This document shows positions 41,958 to 55,836 of a stretch of 64,000 nt of DNA, one piece after another. A program made the position numbers and the translations under genes. Source of the stretch: Octopus sinensis (taxonomy: Eukaryota). Position 1 is the stretch's first letter. Each line of letters starts with the position of its first letter. The stretch spans positions 7,812,001-7,876,000 of the forward strand of contig NC_043008.1 in the NCBI RefSeq assembly GCF_006345805.1, read 5' to 3'. The notes beneath the pieces were generated by a model. It did no database searches. It saw only the letters and a list, made by a program, of their open reading frames with translations, and had not been told where the DNA came from.

Positions 41958-43270
41958 TATATATATATATATATATATATATGAATCATCCTTCACAATC
42001 ACCATCATTATATATGAACGACACCAATACAAACAGCATCCAAACAAAAGCCAAAATAACTGCAGTCATTCACAACACATCTTAACAGCTAACTATGACA
42101 CAATAATGTTACCAAGAAGATGAGCAACTCCATCTAAATTTTTTTAAATATAACATATGAGGTCACTACTTATTTTCTCAATAAAATTTTCTCTATCGGA
42201 GTTTCCTTTTTATTGCTGATCTCTCCTGCTCACTTTATCAACAATCTAGTATGTGTACAAAGAATCTTTTAAGTGCAACCGGATGTGATATCGTGGAATG
42301 GAACGGTAATTGTGTTGTTATATCCAGTAATGTACTGGATATTAAACTTCATGTTTTATAAAGTTTTGATGCAGGAGAAAAAAGAAATCAGTCACATTGT
42401 CAAAATGTTAAAGCCTAAAACTTCTGTCGGAAAAACTTGTGAGAATAGAGATAAATCCAGTACTCTAAGAGTAAATACGTGGACCATTTTATTCTTTCAT
42501 AGATTTAGTGCGACTCTTAAAATGAAACGGTTCTTGTGTTTGGATCAAAGACTAGAATCGACGTATTGTGTCAAGAAGCACAATGGTAATTAATGTAAAG
42601 CAAACATTTGTATGGCGATTTTCAGATAGAGGTGATACTTCAATGAAAAAAGCTTTTTATCAAGTAAAAGCAGGTTTGAAAGTTCTAAGAGCTGCTTCAA
42701 TTTCTAGAAAATGTAATTGTACAACTATAATCTCTCTTCAGCAGTTGAAAACGAAAATATTGCTGGACTGTCTACATAGCAGAGCATCTATAAAATGTAG
42801 CGGAATCAGCACTTTTTTTTCAAACTCATGTCTACTCGAGTTTTCATTTTTCGAGAGGAATAAATCAGCAAAATGATTTCAGTTCTTCTAAATATCGTTT
42901 GGAAATTCTTCCGATAGGATGTAGCACTTGTGATATGAAATCCATGCCCATAAACCTATATCACAAATGTTATGCAATGTTAAACTGACCTCTTATTTAG
43001 CGTTTTTATCTTCCTGTGAAAAGATAGTGTCCGTCATATCATCGCTACTTTTGGATATGTCTCCAAGTTACTAGTTGGATTCAATGAATTTTCTGATAAC
43101 GTGTGAACAGAATATATTCCCCAAAATTCATATTACTATTCCCTAGCCCATGGACCAAGGTATGAGAGATAATTTCATGGCATATTAACTTCGTACTTCT
43201 AAGTAATTTATACAAATAGTTGACAGAAAGATATACCAACAGTTAAAGACACCTGGTGCAAGATATATAT

Positions 43271-43304
<34 letters not shown>

Positions 43305-43554
43305 ATATATATATATATTATATATATATATATATATATGCCGTTTTAGAGCCTGTAGCTGAGCTTTGCAAACTCGCAAATATGAATAATATTTTCAAAT
43401 GACTGCAATATGTCCCCGAAGACAAGTCGACATCACGTTCGGAGAGCTATTATGGTATTTCCAAATACGATCCGAGGGTGTCGTACAGAATGATGTGCTT
43501 GAATTGCTAGAGTCCCATATAGAAACTTTATCTAATGGTAAATGTTATCATACA

Positions 43555-43790
43555 AGGCGACAAGCTGGCAGAAACGTTAGCACGCCGGGCGAAATGCTTA
43601 GCGGTATTCCGTCTGCCGTTACGTTCTGAGTTCAAATTCCGCCGAGGTCGACTTTGCCTTTCATCCTTTCGGGGAAGATAAATTAAGTACCAGTTACGCA
43701 CTGGGGTCGATGTAATCGACTTCATCCTTTTGTCTCTCTTTGTTTGTCCCCTATATGTTTAGCCCCTGGTGGGCAATAAAGAAATAAGAA
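43555..43790 (+). mobile_element. SINE family B, full-length monomer
   Basis: tRNA-like head AGCTGGCAGAAACGTTAGCACGCCGGGCGAAATG, B box GAGTTCAAATTCC, central core, tail GTGGGCAATAAAGAAATAAGAAA. From memory the core resembles the Meta/MESC SINE domain (unverified). Confidence 0.88.
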
Positions 43791-44864
43791 AGTTTATGTA
43801 ATGAGTAATTGACACTGTTGTATGAAAAGCAAAGTGAAAATACGGATAAAAATATGGAAATAAGGAAATCTCAAACTGAATTCCTTGTTGATAATATTGT
43901 TAAATGCTTGACGTTTTTAAAGGAACTTCTGCAATATTTGCTGTTAAAAATTTTAATTTTCAACATAACATAAAACTAACTGGAATAGTTTGAGTTCCGT
44001 TTCTTAACTGAAATGTACAACATGACGCGTCATAAACTGCAAGCAATTTTTGCTTGTTATTACTGTTGCTGTTGTTGTTATTGTTGTTGTTGTTGTTGAT
44101 GATGATGATGATGGCACTGACAACGATGTCGTTAAATATCAAAACGAAATGAGTGCCCATAATAATCTCGGCAACTCGTCATCCAGTAACACCCTGTCTC
44201 ATAGCTATCGGAATCTTTTAACAACATCAGCAACATGCGTGAGGGGATATGTTACACTTTACACTCGCTTCCTCTTTCGCAGAATTAATCATCTGCAAAT
44301 TTGCTCACATCACAAATTGATTTTTTCCTTTTACAACGCTTATAACATTTCTCTTACATTTCCTTCATTTCCGCGAAAAGCAGTATATTTGGCATTTTAC
44401 TTTCGTTTCAAAGCACGGTGTCAGTTTTGCAGACCTTCCTTCTAAAATTCTTGCAAGCCTAGTTCGAATTTTTCATTACTAACTTCGGTAAAATAATGCT
44501 GAAGAATGATAATTGGCTATCTCCACAGTAAGTGAACTACAGTAATTTGCAAAACGAACTTACATACTCGGGAAACAAATATTGCAAATATTAAAACTAA
44601 AATGCAAAACGCACGGTCAAGTTAATCAAATTACACACATACACACACTCACATACACATATTCACTCTCATACACATTGCTATCCGTATCTGTACCTAC
44701 ATACAAATATATATATATACTCTCTCCTTGATTTTTTGTGTATCTTTCTGTAGTGCGTAGGCTCGAAACGTAAAATACTTTTTCTATTCCTGAGCGTTAT
44801 ACTAATACATCTGTTTGTTTTATATACTACCTGTCTTCGCATTTTGTATGTTTTCGTAAAATTT

Positions 44865-44901
<37 letters not shown>

Positions 44902-45005
44902 TAATCCAAACAAGAAAACACAAAAAAACAAAGAAACACAACAACGCGGGGACGTGGAACAAATAAAGTATTATTGGACGCTCAGGAAAGAAGGGCAGAA
45001 GGAGG

Positions 45006-45040
45006 GCTCAATGTTTCGAGCGGAGCTCTTCGTCGGAAAC
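45006..45040 (-). ncRNA. Minimal hammerhead ribozyme motif (PLE type)
   Basis: Minus strand GTTT-CCGACGA-A-GAGC-TCC-GCTC-GAAAC-ATT. Confidence 0.55.
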
Positions 45041-45126
45041 ATAGGAGAAGGAAAGATCCCGAGATGGGAAGACAGAGGAAAAAATCGCCAACGGTACTCA
45101 CGAGGTCACATATTGAAAAAAAAACA

Positions 45127-45166
<40 letters not shown>

Positions 45167-45232
45167 GTTAAAAAAAGACAGGTGAGGGAACTTCACAGAT
45201 GTATTAGTTCGACACTCGGAAAAAATGGAAGT

Positions 45233-45266
45233 GTCTTTGACGTTTCGAGCCTACGTTCTTCGTCAA
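45233..45266 (-). ncRNA. Minimal hammerhead ribozyme motif (PLE type)
   Basis: Minus strand TTGACGAAGAACGTAGGCTCGAAACGTC-AAAGAC; palindromic ACGT stem III and a GUC cleavage triplet. Confidence 0.5.
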
Positions 45267-45402
45267 TATATATATTATATGCTTATTAGGCAGCATCAAG
45301 TATCTATGTGAACTTTGGGTGTACGTAATGTCTGTTATCCCGCATATAGCTGGTATGTAATTGTACATTTCTTTCCATGTATTATGTGTTTTGTGTAAAA
45401 AA

Positions 45403-45480
45403 ACATACTGATGAGAGGAGTGTCAATTTCAAATATACGATATTTGCATATTAATTGGCGCGTCTCCGAAACGGCCGGTA
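45403..45480 (+). ncRNA. Hammerhead-like motif with long stem II
   Basis: CTGATGA at 45408-45414, stem GTGTCAATT/AATTGGCGC, GAAAC at 45468, then palindromic CGGCCG. Stem I pairing is poor. Confidence 0.45.
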
Positions 45481-45818
45481 GATTAACATTTTTGTTATTT
45501 TGTTTATTTATCTTTTCTGTATTTTTTCTGGAATTTTAATACGTCATTTTGATATGTTATTGTATGTTTTATTACCGCAAATTTTTAATTTAACAAATTT
45601 ATACCTAATGATTTTATGCAACACTGATTCTTATATATTTATATATTTTATATGATGTTTATATATTTATATACTATTATATTTTTTAAACGTCGGACTT
45701 TGTCTCTGTTCTGTAGATATAAATGAATATATGAATATATGTATGTATTTAATCTTCGTATGGATTTTGAAATGTTCATTAGTTGCTGCTCACATTGCCT
45801 CCCCTCAGATTAACAAGT

Positions 45819-45902
<84 letters not shown>

Positions 45903-46168
45903 GGTGTACGATATACATATGTCTCCTTTTTGTATTTTTTCCTATATATATATACCTTTGCCATTATGCAGAAGTGTCGTAAGTCCAAAATGTTTCTTTT
46001 TCTGAGAACAAAATAATTATTTCCCTATTCCATAGGCATCTGATACAGCTGGAGACATGATAGTCTGAGCCAAAGAACCAGCTATTCGTAGCGAAAATAT
46101 ATATTGAAAGAGAACGCATTTAGCCAAATTCGGTTATACGACAGTTTAAAATAGCGGAATCGATATAA

Positions 46169-46201
<33 letters not shown>

Positions 46202-46493
46202 CAATTCGCGATAAAATCTACATGAGGTTTTATCGGGTAGCTAACATGCAATCAACCGGTTAAGGAAAATGTAATCAATTTATAAAATGTGAGGATATAT
46301 ATCAGAACGTATGAGAGTCCAAATGCTTTTTAGAAGGAGAGGCTAATGGCTGAATGCTACCTAAGATATCGCCATGTGTGTATGTAATTATGTACGTATA
46401 TGTGTATATATATATCTATGTATATATAAGTGTATATAGATACATGCATATATGTATATGTATACATATATGTATGTATATAGATATATATGT

Positions 46494-46893
46494 GAGTGGC
46501 TGTGTGGTAAGTAGCTTGTTTACCAACCACAACTTTTCAGGGTTCAGTCCCACTGCGTGGCACCTTGGGCAAGTGTCTTCTACTATAGCCTTGGGCCGAC
46601 CAAAGCCCTGTGAGTGGATTTGGTAGACGGAAATTGAAAGAAGCCCGTCGTATATATGTATATATATATGATTGTATGTGTGTCGGTGTTTTTTTCCCCT
46701 AGCATCGCTTGACAACCGATGGTTGTGTGTTTATGTCCCCGTTACTTAGCGGTTCGGCAAAAGAGACCGATAGAATAAGTACTGGGCTTACAAAAGAATA
46801 AGTCCCGGGATCGAATTGCTCAATTAAAGGCGGTGCTCCAGCATGGCCGCAGTCAAATGACTGAAACAAGTAAAAGAGTAAAAGAGTAAAAGA
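46494..46893 (+). mobile_element. SINE family A
   Basis: GAGTGGCTGTGTGGTAAG head through a triplicated GTAAAAGA tail. Confidence 0.9.
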
Positions 46894-46968
46894 GATACAT
46901 ATCTATTTATATATATATATATACATATATGTATATATATATGCATATATATATATGTATATATTTAT

Positions 46969-47119
<151 letters not shown>

Positions 47120-47132
47120 CTGTGTGTCTCGC

Positions 47133-47522
47133 TGTGGCAGAAACGTTAGCACGCCGGGCGAAATGCGTGGCGGTATTTCGTCTGTCGTTACGTTCTGAGT
47201 TCAAATTTCGCCGAGGTCGACTTTGCCTTTCATCCTTTCGGGGTCGATTGAATAAGTACCAGTTACGCACTGGGGTCGATGTAATCGACTTAATCCGTTT
47301 GTCTGTCCTTGTTTGTCCCCTCTCTGTGTAGCCCCTTGTGGGCAGTAAAGAAATAGGTATTTCGTTTGTCATTATGAACTTAGTTAAAACTCTGCTAGGT
47401 CCACTTTGCTTTTCATCCTTTTGGCGTCGATAAATTAAGTACCAGTTGCGTACCGAAGTAGATCAAATCGACTGGCTCCCTCCCCCCAAAAGTTGGGCTT
47501 TATGCTTAGAGTAGCAAAGATT
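47133..47522 (+). mobile_element. SINE family B, dimer
   Basis: A full unit is joined at AAAGAAATA|GGTATTTCG to a second, diverged unit with an alternative tail. Confidence 0.85.
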
Positions 47523-48000
47523 GAGACATGACAGCGTGTCACTTAAACCTCTAACTTTTAGCTGACAAATTACTTGCACTAACAGCTTTGATTATCGACC
47601 AAACTTATCTCTGACATAACAAAGTCCAACTTTGCGTGCCCTCGTGCTTTTTAATTGTCGTTTCTGACGATTATCGTGCCCTACACACAACGATAATCTG
47701 AAGAGACAATGTTGTTCAAATTATCGCGTAAAACGACACTTAAGCACATAGGGATGTCTATATGACCTGGAATCGCCAACGTAGGAGATTTTTTCATATA
47801 ATTTCTCATAAATTCCCACCACCCTGGCACCGAAAATCTTAAGCATGGATGCTATCATCGGCCGTGAAGATTTCAGCAAACTGGGGCCTAAGCAGCCAGT
47901 AAAAAAATCCATAAAACTTAAAACATATTGTGGTGTGTGTGTGTATGAGTGTGCGTGTGTGTGCATTATTTATATATTATATATACATATACATATATTT

Positions 48001-48050
<50 letters not shown>

Positions 48051-49143
48051 TTCATATACATATATTTATATATATATAAACATACGTATGTGTGTCTGTG
48101 TGTATGTGTGTGTGTGCGTGTTTGTGCTTGAATATATGTTATGTACGTATGTATATATTTCGTGCTTCGTTTATATTTAAAGATCTATAACGTATTTTAC
48201 ATTTTTTGCATTATTGAATGAAAATGAGAGGGGATATATCCCCTATAGATACGGTGATTCTTTCTGTAAGGAAATGCTATCTCTATGAGGGGTAAAGGTT
48301 TTATACTAAAAGAGCGATAACAATTTTATGTTCAATAAGTGCAAAATCGAATATAATCCCTTAAATTTCAATTATTTGTACTTTTTTTCTGTCTGTCTAT
48401 TTACATTTTTATCGATGGTTTGCAGTAATAAATTTGATAAATTATCATCACAAAATATTTTTCTTTACGTAAAGATTGGTGTTCTCTCTAATAAAAAATA
48501 TGTAAAATATACATTCGGAAGAATACCGTTGCATATGATATTGTTGCATTCATAAAATTTTAGAACGATAAATCTAATGCTGATAAAAAGAATATCTATA
48601 ACATTAATCTCGTAAAAATTCTTATTAATTGTAGCCGAGGTAGTGAAATACGGAAATCAATATTCCAATGTTGTATTTGACGTCAAATAAATACATCATA
48701 CCTTGGTAGTTTCTGATATTTATTGAAACACATTCTCTCTCGGATGGTAACATGTGAATGTGTGTGTGTTGTTTCTTTTTAATATAAATAACTGTTACTG
48801 AAATATATTACACAACAAAATAGACATGAAACTAATGTGAAGCGAGTTCTCAAAAATATTGAACGGAACGCAACTCTATTTCTCTATTCTTCTTCTGTAT
48901 CTAAATTTTGTGGTCAAATTGCAACGGAGTAACTTTTAATCAATACAGCCATTTTCTATTCAATATAATATTGTTTGAAATCTTTAAACAATAAAATTAT
49001 TAATAGTTGCATAGATCTGTAAATCAGTTAACTAACAGCTCACGCAACAGATTTTTCTCATGGAAACCTATACCCGTAAAGAATGTATATACATACACGC
49101 ACGCACACACAAGCATACACGCACATACACATATGTATGTATG

Positions 49144-49179
<36 letters not shown>

Positions 49180-49326
49180 ATTATATATATATACATGCAG
49201 ACACATACACACACACACTCACATGCATACATGTATACATATATACGTATGTTTATATATATGTATATATATTCATATATATACATCACGCACATACAGA
49301 CTCACTCATGCACACAGACTCATATA

Positions 49327-49365
<39 letters not shown>

Positions 49366-49659
49366 CACGCACATATAGGCACACTCATATACACACACAC
49401 ACACACGAATGTGCATGTATGCATATATGCATTTATTTTTTATATCTGTATGCAAATGTACATTGAGCGTATATCCAATCTACCGTTTTTTACTCTCCCA
49501 TTCCAATATTAACGGTCTTATGTGGATAATATTTAAGATTTCTAAATCCAAGTGTTACATATTTAATTTTCAAAACTGATTTCAGAGGAAATATAAACGA
49601 ATTGGTACACGCGGGAAAAAAGTAGATTCAGGAAGTACCAACCTCAGTTTTATAACATA

Positions 49660-50043
49660 CTAGCAGTATCGCCCGGCGTTGCTCAGGTTTGTAAGGGAAA
49701 TAACTATAAAGCATTTTTAGAGAGTTATAGCCCCAAAATAGCCAAAAAATGGAAAAAAATGATGGTAAATTTTTTTTTAGAGTTAAAAAAGGTCGAGTTG
49801 CGTCCCCTAGACAGTCTGTGGTTTGTGTTTCTGATTCTCGACCCCATGTCGAATTTATCGATTTTTTTCAGAACTGGGGCAACTTTTCAAAATTTTCGCT
49901 GCGATAGTTTTGAATTATGACATTGGGCTATGTGTGTGTCAAGTTTCATCAGAATCGGTTGAAAGCCGTGGTCAGGGTGAGGGTACAACCAAACAGACAC
50001 ACAGAAACACACACAGACAAACTGCCGTTTATATAGAGAGAGA
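49660..50043 (-). mobile_element. Non-autonomous Helitron (Lep1-like architecture)
   Basis: The minus strand begins 5'-TC(TCTCTATATAAAC), has an internal CTGT/GT microsatellite, a subterminal GC hairpin (CCTGAGCAACGCCGGG), ends CTAG, and is inserted between A and T with no TSD. Confidence 0.8.
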
Positions 50044-50412
50044 TTATTCCATCAACAAACACAGGCTTCAGGAAGAAATGTTGGAAATCAGCGCCGTTTA
50101 AAACCGCTCACAGCTTCCAGAGATGCCCGTAGGAATGGAAGAGAAATATCGCATCAAATTCAAATAAATCATAAAATGTCTGTAACTTTAAAATGATTTT
50201 GTATGAGAGATGATGTTCTCTAATGTATTTACTAGGAATATAATGAATGTGTGAGCAGGAAAGGAATGCCATTCCAGCAAGAACGAAAGCACCACCAGGA
50301 GATAAATCGCTGTAAAATTGTATGAGGCTATTTCTAATTACCTCCTAATTTCTACCATTAATTAGCTCTCTTTAATGCACTTAAGTAGAATTGATATTCA
50401 GAAAATCTACAT

Positions 50413-50642
50413 TCTTTTATTCTTTTACTTGTTTCAGTCATTTGACTGCAGCCATGCTGGAGCAGCACATTTAGTAGAGCAAATCGACTAAGGGACTTAT
50501 TCTTTGTAAGTCTAATACTTATTCTGTCGGTCTCTTTTTCCGAACCGCTAATTCACGGGGACGTAAACACACCAGCTTCGGTTATCAAGCGTCGATGGTG
50601 GTGACAAACACACACAAACATACACACATAAAAATACCCATA

Positions 50643-50696
<54 letters not shown>

Positions 50697-50856
50697 GATG
50701 GGCTTCTTTCAGTTCGCGCCTACCAAGTCCACTCACAAGGATTTAGCCGGCCTGAGGCTATAGTCGAAGAAATTCTCCCAAGTGCCAGGCAGTGGGACTG
50801 AACGTGGAAACATTTAGTTGGTAAGCAAGCTACTTACCACGCAGCCACTCCTGCGC
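50413..50856 (-). mobile_element. SINE family A with expanded internal (TA)n
   Basis: Reverse complement of family A. Confidence 0.88.
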
Positions 50857-50929
50857 TTGTATATGCTTTCATCCATACTAATAATTTCGTGCTGTTATAT
50901 ATATATGAGATTTAATTAGTCTATATTAC

Positions 50930-51345
50930 TTATTCACATTATTTACATTATTTATATTATTTATATTCCACGGATATCTGTCGAATGTAAATAATGTAAA
51001 TAATGTACATAATTGCTCATCCCTTAAATATAGAACAGTATATATTACTGTTTTATAGTTCTGAGATGCGGAATTCACTACATTATTTACATTATTTACA
51101 TTAGACGCACATATGTCCTCATCTTGTTCGTTGTTACAATATTTCGTCTGATTTTAGAATCTAACCTTAGTAATAAGAACCCGGGGTTGGGTTCAAATTT
51201 CTACCAAGACACCACCTGATGATGGCTGGAGAGTAAATCAGCCGAAACATTGTGGTAACAATAAAGAAGATGAGGACTTGTATCCGTCCAACGTAAATAA
51301 TGTAAATAATGTAGAGGATTCTTCATCTCAAAAATATAGAATAGT
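50930..51345. mobile_element. Penelope-like terminal-repeat array in alternating orientation
   Basis: (TGTAAATAA)n-containing units alternate -,+,-,+. 51045-51150 is the reverse complement of about 51240-51345. Contains a hammerhead at 51211-51256. Confidence 0.7.
51211..51256 (+). ncRNA. Minimal type I hammerhead ribozyme motif
   Basis: ACCAC-CTGATGA-T-GGCTG-loop-CAGCC-GAAAC-ATT-GTGGT. Stem I (ACCAC/GTGGT) and stem II pair; stem III is of the dimer type and is mutated from ACGT to ACAT. Confidence 0.65.
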
Positions 51346-51414
51346 AATGTATACTATTCGCATGTATTATATATGTAAGAGCACGAAAGTATTAGCATGA
51401 ATATAAGTATGCAT

Positions 51415-51800
51415 AGGCGCGGCACAAGGCTTGTGTGTAACTAGCTTGCTTACCAACCACATGGTTCCGGGTTCAGTCCGACTACTTAGTACCTTGGGCG
51501 AGCGTCTTCTCCTATAGCCTTGGGCCCACCAGAACCTTGTGAGTGGATTTGGTTGACGGAAACTGAAAGAAGCCCACCGTATACATATATATATATATAT
51601 ATTGCATGTTTGTATTTGTTCCCCCCCCCCAACATCGCTAGACAACCGATGCTGGTATGTTTACGTCCCCGTAATTTAGAGGATCGGCAAAAGAGACCGA
51701 AGAATAAGTACTAGGGTTACAGAGAATAAGTCCCTGAGTGAATTTGTTCGACTAAAAGCCGTGCTCTAGCATGGCCGCTGTGAAATCACTGAAAGAAAAA
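51415..51800 (+). mobile_element. SINE family A, diverged
   Basis: Aligns to family A throughout. Confidence 0.85.
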
Positions 51801-52290
51801 TGGAATAAATGAAATATACATATGATTATGACAACGGCATTCACTAACATGGGTTTAGAGCCACAAGAGCAACCAAGGAATCCAAAAGATCCCAAGCGAA
51901 GAGCAATATTATAAGACGTGCTTCTCTCTCCTCCGTAATATTCCGTCTGTAATCACTTTCTTTGTGTATATCCACTCACTCGTACCATTCTCGCATTCAC
52001 TTTATTCACCCATCATTGTACAAATGTACTACGTGTGAAGTACCTCCCTTTTCACCATTCACACGCTGGCCACCGCTTCGCAGAATGTCTGTCGAGCTTC
52101 TCGATCCCAGTACTTACTTGCAAAACTTGGTACATCTCGCTATCGATCTCTTTTACCGAACCGCTGTGGTACAGGGATGTAAAGTCTATAACAACCGATT
52201 ATCTCGTAACATGTTTGCATATTTATAGAATAATTGTGTATGCTTATGCGAGTACGTGTTTATATAGGTATGCATTTATGTGTATAAGTA

Positions 52291-52369
<79 letters not shown>

Positions 52370-52486
52370 TGTGTGTGTGTGTGTGTATGCATGTTTGTGT
52401 GTATGTATGTGTGAATCTATGTATGTAAAACATGTGCGCGTGCACTTTCTATATATCTGTTGTCGTCACAGTTATTTGCATATATA

Positions 52487-53145
52487 TGATGTACGTTGAA
52501 AAAGAGCAATTTTTGTTTATTTCACAAAGTTTGTAGAATCACTTTCGAAATACCCCACAGAGGAGTTCGAACACTTGCAGTAGCGTTTCTGCCATTGCCG
52601 ATACCATCTCTCAAACGCCTTCTCTGTAATGCGATGCAATTCCACCACACTTTTACTTGGAATTTCCTCTTGCGACTGTAATCGCTTCCTCTTCAGGTGG
52701 TTTACTTTTTGGAAAACGGGCAGAAGCCATACGGTGCAAGTCAGGAAAGTAGGGAGCATGTAGAACAAGTGATGTGCTTTCCTTAACCAAGAAAGCTTGG
52801 ACATAGAAGTGCGTTCAAAACCTATCCAAATTTGTTTTTTCGCCAGCATAAATCCTCCGCTCAAGTGCTTATTGCGAATTTGTGTGTAATTTCCTGGATT
52901 GTTACACGACGAATATTCGATGAATCCTCACCGAACCTTCTACATTAGCTCATTGTCTCGGTTTGTGGATTGCCAGTCTGATCGTGTCTCGTTTTCTAAT
53001 GAGATGCGGTCAGATATGTGATTTGCTCATCGCAGCATCACCAAATATTTTGAGCTAGAGTATCGCCAAGTCTTTGGTAAAAGTAATACCCACACGCCAT
53101 CAAATCTGGTGGGAAAAATGTCGGATGCTTCCTGAAATTACCTAG
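52487..53145 (-). mobile_element. Mariner-family transposon remnant (3' part of transposase)
   Basis: Frameshifted HAPYFPDLAPYGF (the YSPDLAPxD motif), then HLKRKRLQSQEEI...AFERWYRQWQKRYCKCSNSSVGYFESD (mariner C-terminus). Flanked by TA repeats. Confidence 0.75.
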
Positions 53146-53151
53146 TATATG

Positions 53152-53204
<53 letters not shown>

Positions 53205-53219
53205 TTATATATATATATG

Positions 53220-53277
<58 letters not shown>

Positions 53278-53316
53278 AAGATAGATAGATAGATACACAT
53301 ACACATGTATTTATAA

Positions 53317-53378
<62 letters not shown>

Positions 53379-54201
53379 TCATGTACATATACTTATGTGC
53401 GGTCATTTTCTGCTTGTAATTTTTCCAAGTATGACCTACATTTTACTCGTGCGTGCACGTCACTATATCTAAAAGTGCAATGTGTGAAACAAAGGTAACA
53501 CTATACTGGCCGACGAAATACTGAAATAATTTCTAAATGTCCACACGTGTGTTAATTTTTCGGTCATTTTTTTTTCCTTTTTCGAAATTTCATACTATCT
53601 GACATTCTAGGTCATCTCTCAAATATTAGACAACTGTCAATCATATTAATATTTCGTGTTATAACATTTCGCTTCATAATATTTGGCACTCAGACTCCAA
53701 TCAGTGTTAAGCCTGTGAAGGGAAGTGTCGTATAATAAAGCAAATCCCGAGTGTTATAAGAGCACTTCTTCAGGCAGAATAATGTATATTGATGGTCCTA
53801 TTATGGTGTGCTAAATACATTTAAGTACTATATGTTGCTTATTACGATACTCTGAAGACTGGTATAGCAATTTTTTCTCATTTTCATTTATCACTAACAT
53901 ATGAAATATTCCTTCTTGTTCTGACAGATTTCATTCCTTCATTTGTTACAAACACAGACACTCACGCACACACACATACACATAAACACAGTCACATACA
54001 CGTATATACATAGATGTGTCTGTGTGTGTTTGTAAGCGTGTGCTTATGTGTGTTTGTACGTGTGTTTGTGCGACTGTATATTCCTATACCTGTGTGCGTG
54101 TGTATGTATACATATTTTCATCTAACTCTTTCTCCCTCTCAATTTCTCTCTCTTCCTATTTATATATATTATATAAGTATATACATATATATATGTATAT
54201 A

Positions 54202-54281
<80 letters not shown>

Positions 54282-54424
54282 ATCTTCTTATGTGTATATA
54301 CATATATACGTGAATATATGTTTGTGCATATGGACACACACATATATATACTTATACATATATATATATATATACAATATATTTGTGCGTGTGTCGGTCT
54401 ATATATGCATTTATGTATATGTAT

Positions 54425-54562
54425 ATATGTATGAATGTATGTATGTATGTATGAATGTATGTATGTATGTATGTATGTATGTATGTATGTATGATGTATG
54501 TATGTATGTATGTATGTATGTATGTATGTATGTATGTATGTATGTATGTATGTATGTATGTA
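54425..54562. repeat. (GTAT)n microsatellite
   Basis: Directly visible. Confidence 0.95.
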
Positions 54563-55836
54563 TATGCCTGTCTATGTATAAGTATCTACATATGCACATT
54601 TACGTGTAATTTCTAGACGTATACAGAATCACATATCTCCACATGTATATTTATAGAATAAATGTGTGCGCTTGCGTAAGTGCGTATTTTTATATGTCTG
54701 TATTTGGGTATATGTTAGTACATATGTATATATATATGTGTGTGTGTATGTACGCATATATGTGTATATGTGTGTTTGTGCGAATGTATGTACGTAAAAC
54801 ATGTGTGCGTGTACTTTCTATGTATCTGTTGTCGTCACATCAGTTATTTGCATAGAAAATCTTTTTTCTGTATTCACATATAACTTCAATGAAAACAAAA
54901 ATAATATTTGCCGTAAATAAGCGTCAATCGATACACCTATTAAATAGCAAAATGTAATGTTTTTACACTTCATATCCTTTTTATCAGGAAATGAATTCCA
55001 TACATATGTATATTACTTGTACAGGCTTTCATATATTCATACGTGTACATAGATGTTATTTCTATATGTATATGTGATTGTACAAAATGTGTGAATATAT
55101 GTCTCTGTTTTGTTGTTGTTGCTGTTGTAGTTGTTCTCGTATATTTTCACTGAATAATACTGTAGAATACATTATTTTATCTTTTTTCCCCCAAAATACG
55201 ACACAAACACTCGCACACGTATCCACACTTCATTACACATGCACAAAATCACACAGTATTGTATGCAGATATATTGTGAATATGTATGTGTGTATTGCGT
55301 GTGTTGGCTGCATATATATGTGTGTTTATATCTATTTGTATATGTGCAAATTTACGAAAATAAAAAAAAAAATTCTTGTTTTTAGAAATTTTTTTTTTCA
55401 CGACTTTCAGAAAATATTTCTTGAAATTTTTCTTATCATTGAAGCATAAATTCTAATGACACGGATGACAGAATAAACAAGCAGAACACTGCGGTTTAGA
55501 GTAACATCTCCAAATACAACTTCGCGTAGAAAAAGCTTAATTTCCCACAGTTTTATTATTTGCTTTTCAATTCAATAATAACATATATGAAGATCATTTT
55601 ATAGAATGTTTCTAAATACAGACAAACAAAAATATATGCAAAAACTGGAAAGGAGTTGTGAGAGAAGTCTGGAATATATAAGATAATACCATGCTATGAA
55701 CAACATTATAATTATATGATTTTATACAAATATCATTAAGTAAATATTGAATCTGTTTCACTTCACTTTATATGGCTATCTTTCTAAGCATTACCTATAT
55801 ATGTACGTGACGAATGCATTTATGCTCATCGCTATA

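Larger units (their letters stand above)
44740..45266. mobile_element. Cluster of Penelope-like terminal-repeat fragments in alternating orientation, separated by (TA)n
   Basis: 44740-44868 (+) and 45170-45266 (-) are related inverted copies. 44897-45110 (-) matches 63520-63715 (+). Each carries a ...GCTCGAAAC hammerhead-type motif. Confidence 0.7.

Noticed and set aside
42560-43200. Possible decayed LINE RT fragment (minus-strand EIEAALRTFKP; similar EKEIHKAL at ~39080 plus)
   Set aside because: Only a short motif, with no following KAPGPDG-type or YADD motif recognisable.
47720-47930. Minus-strand peptide FGARVVGIYEKL resembling a CR1 3' motif
   Set aside because: The order of neighbouring motifs does not fit; insufficient support.
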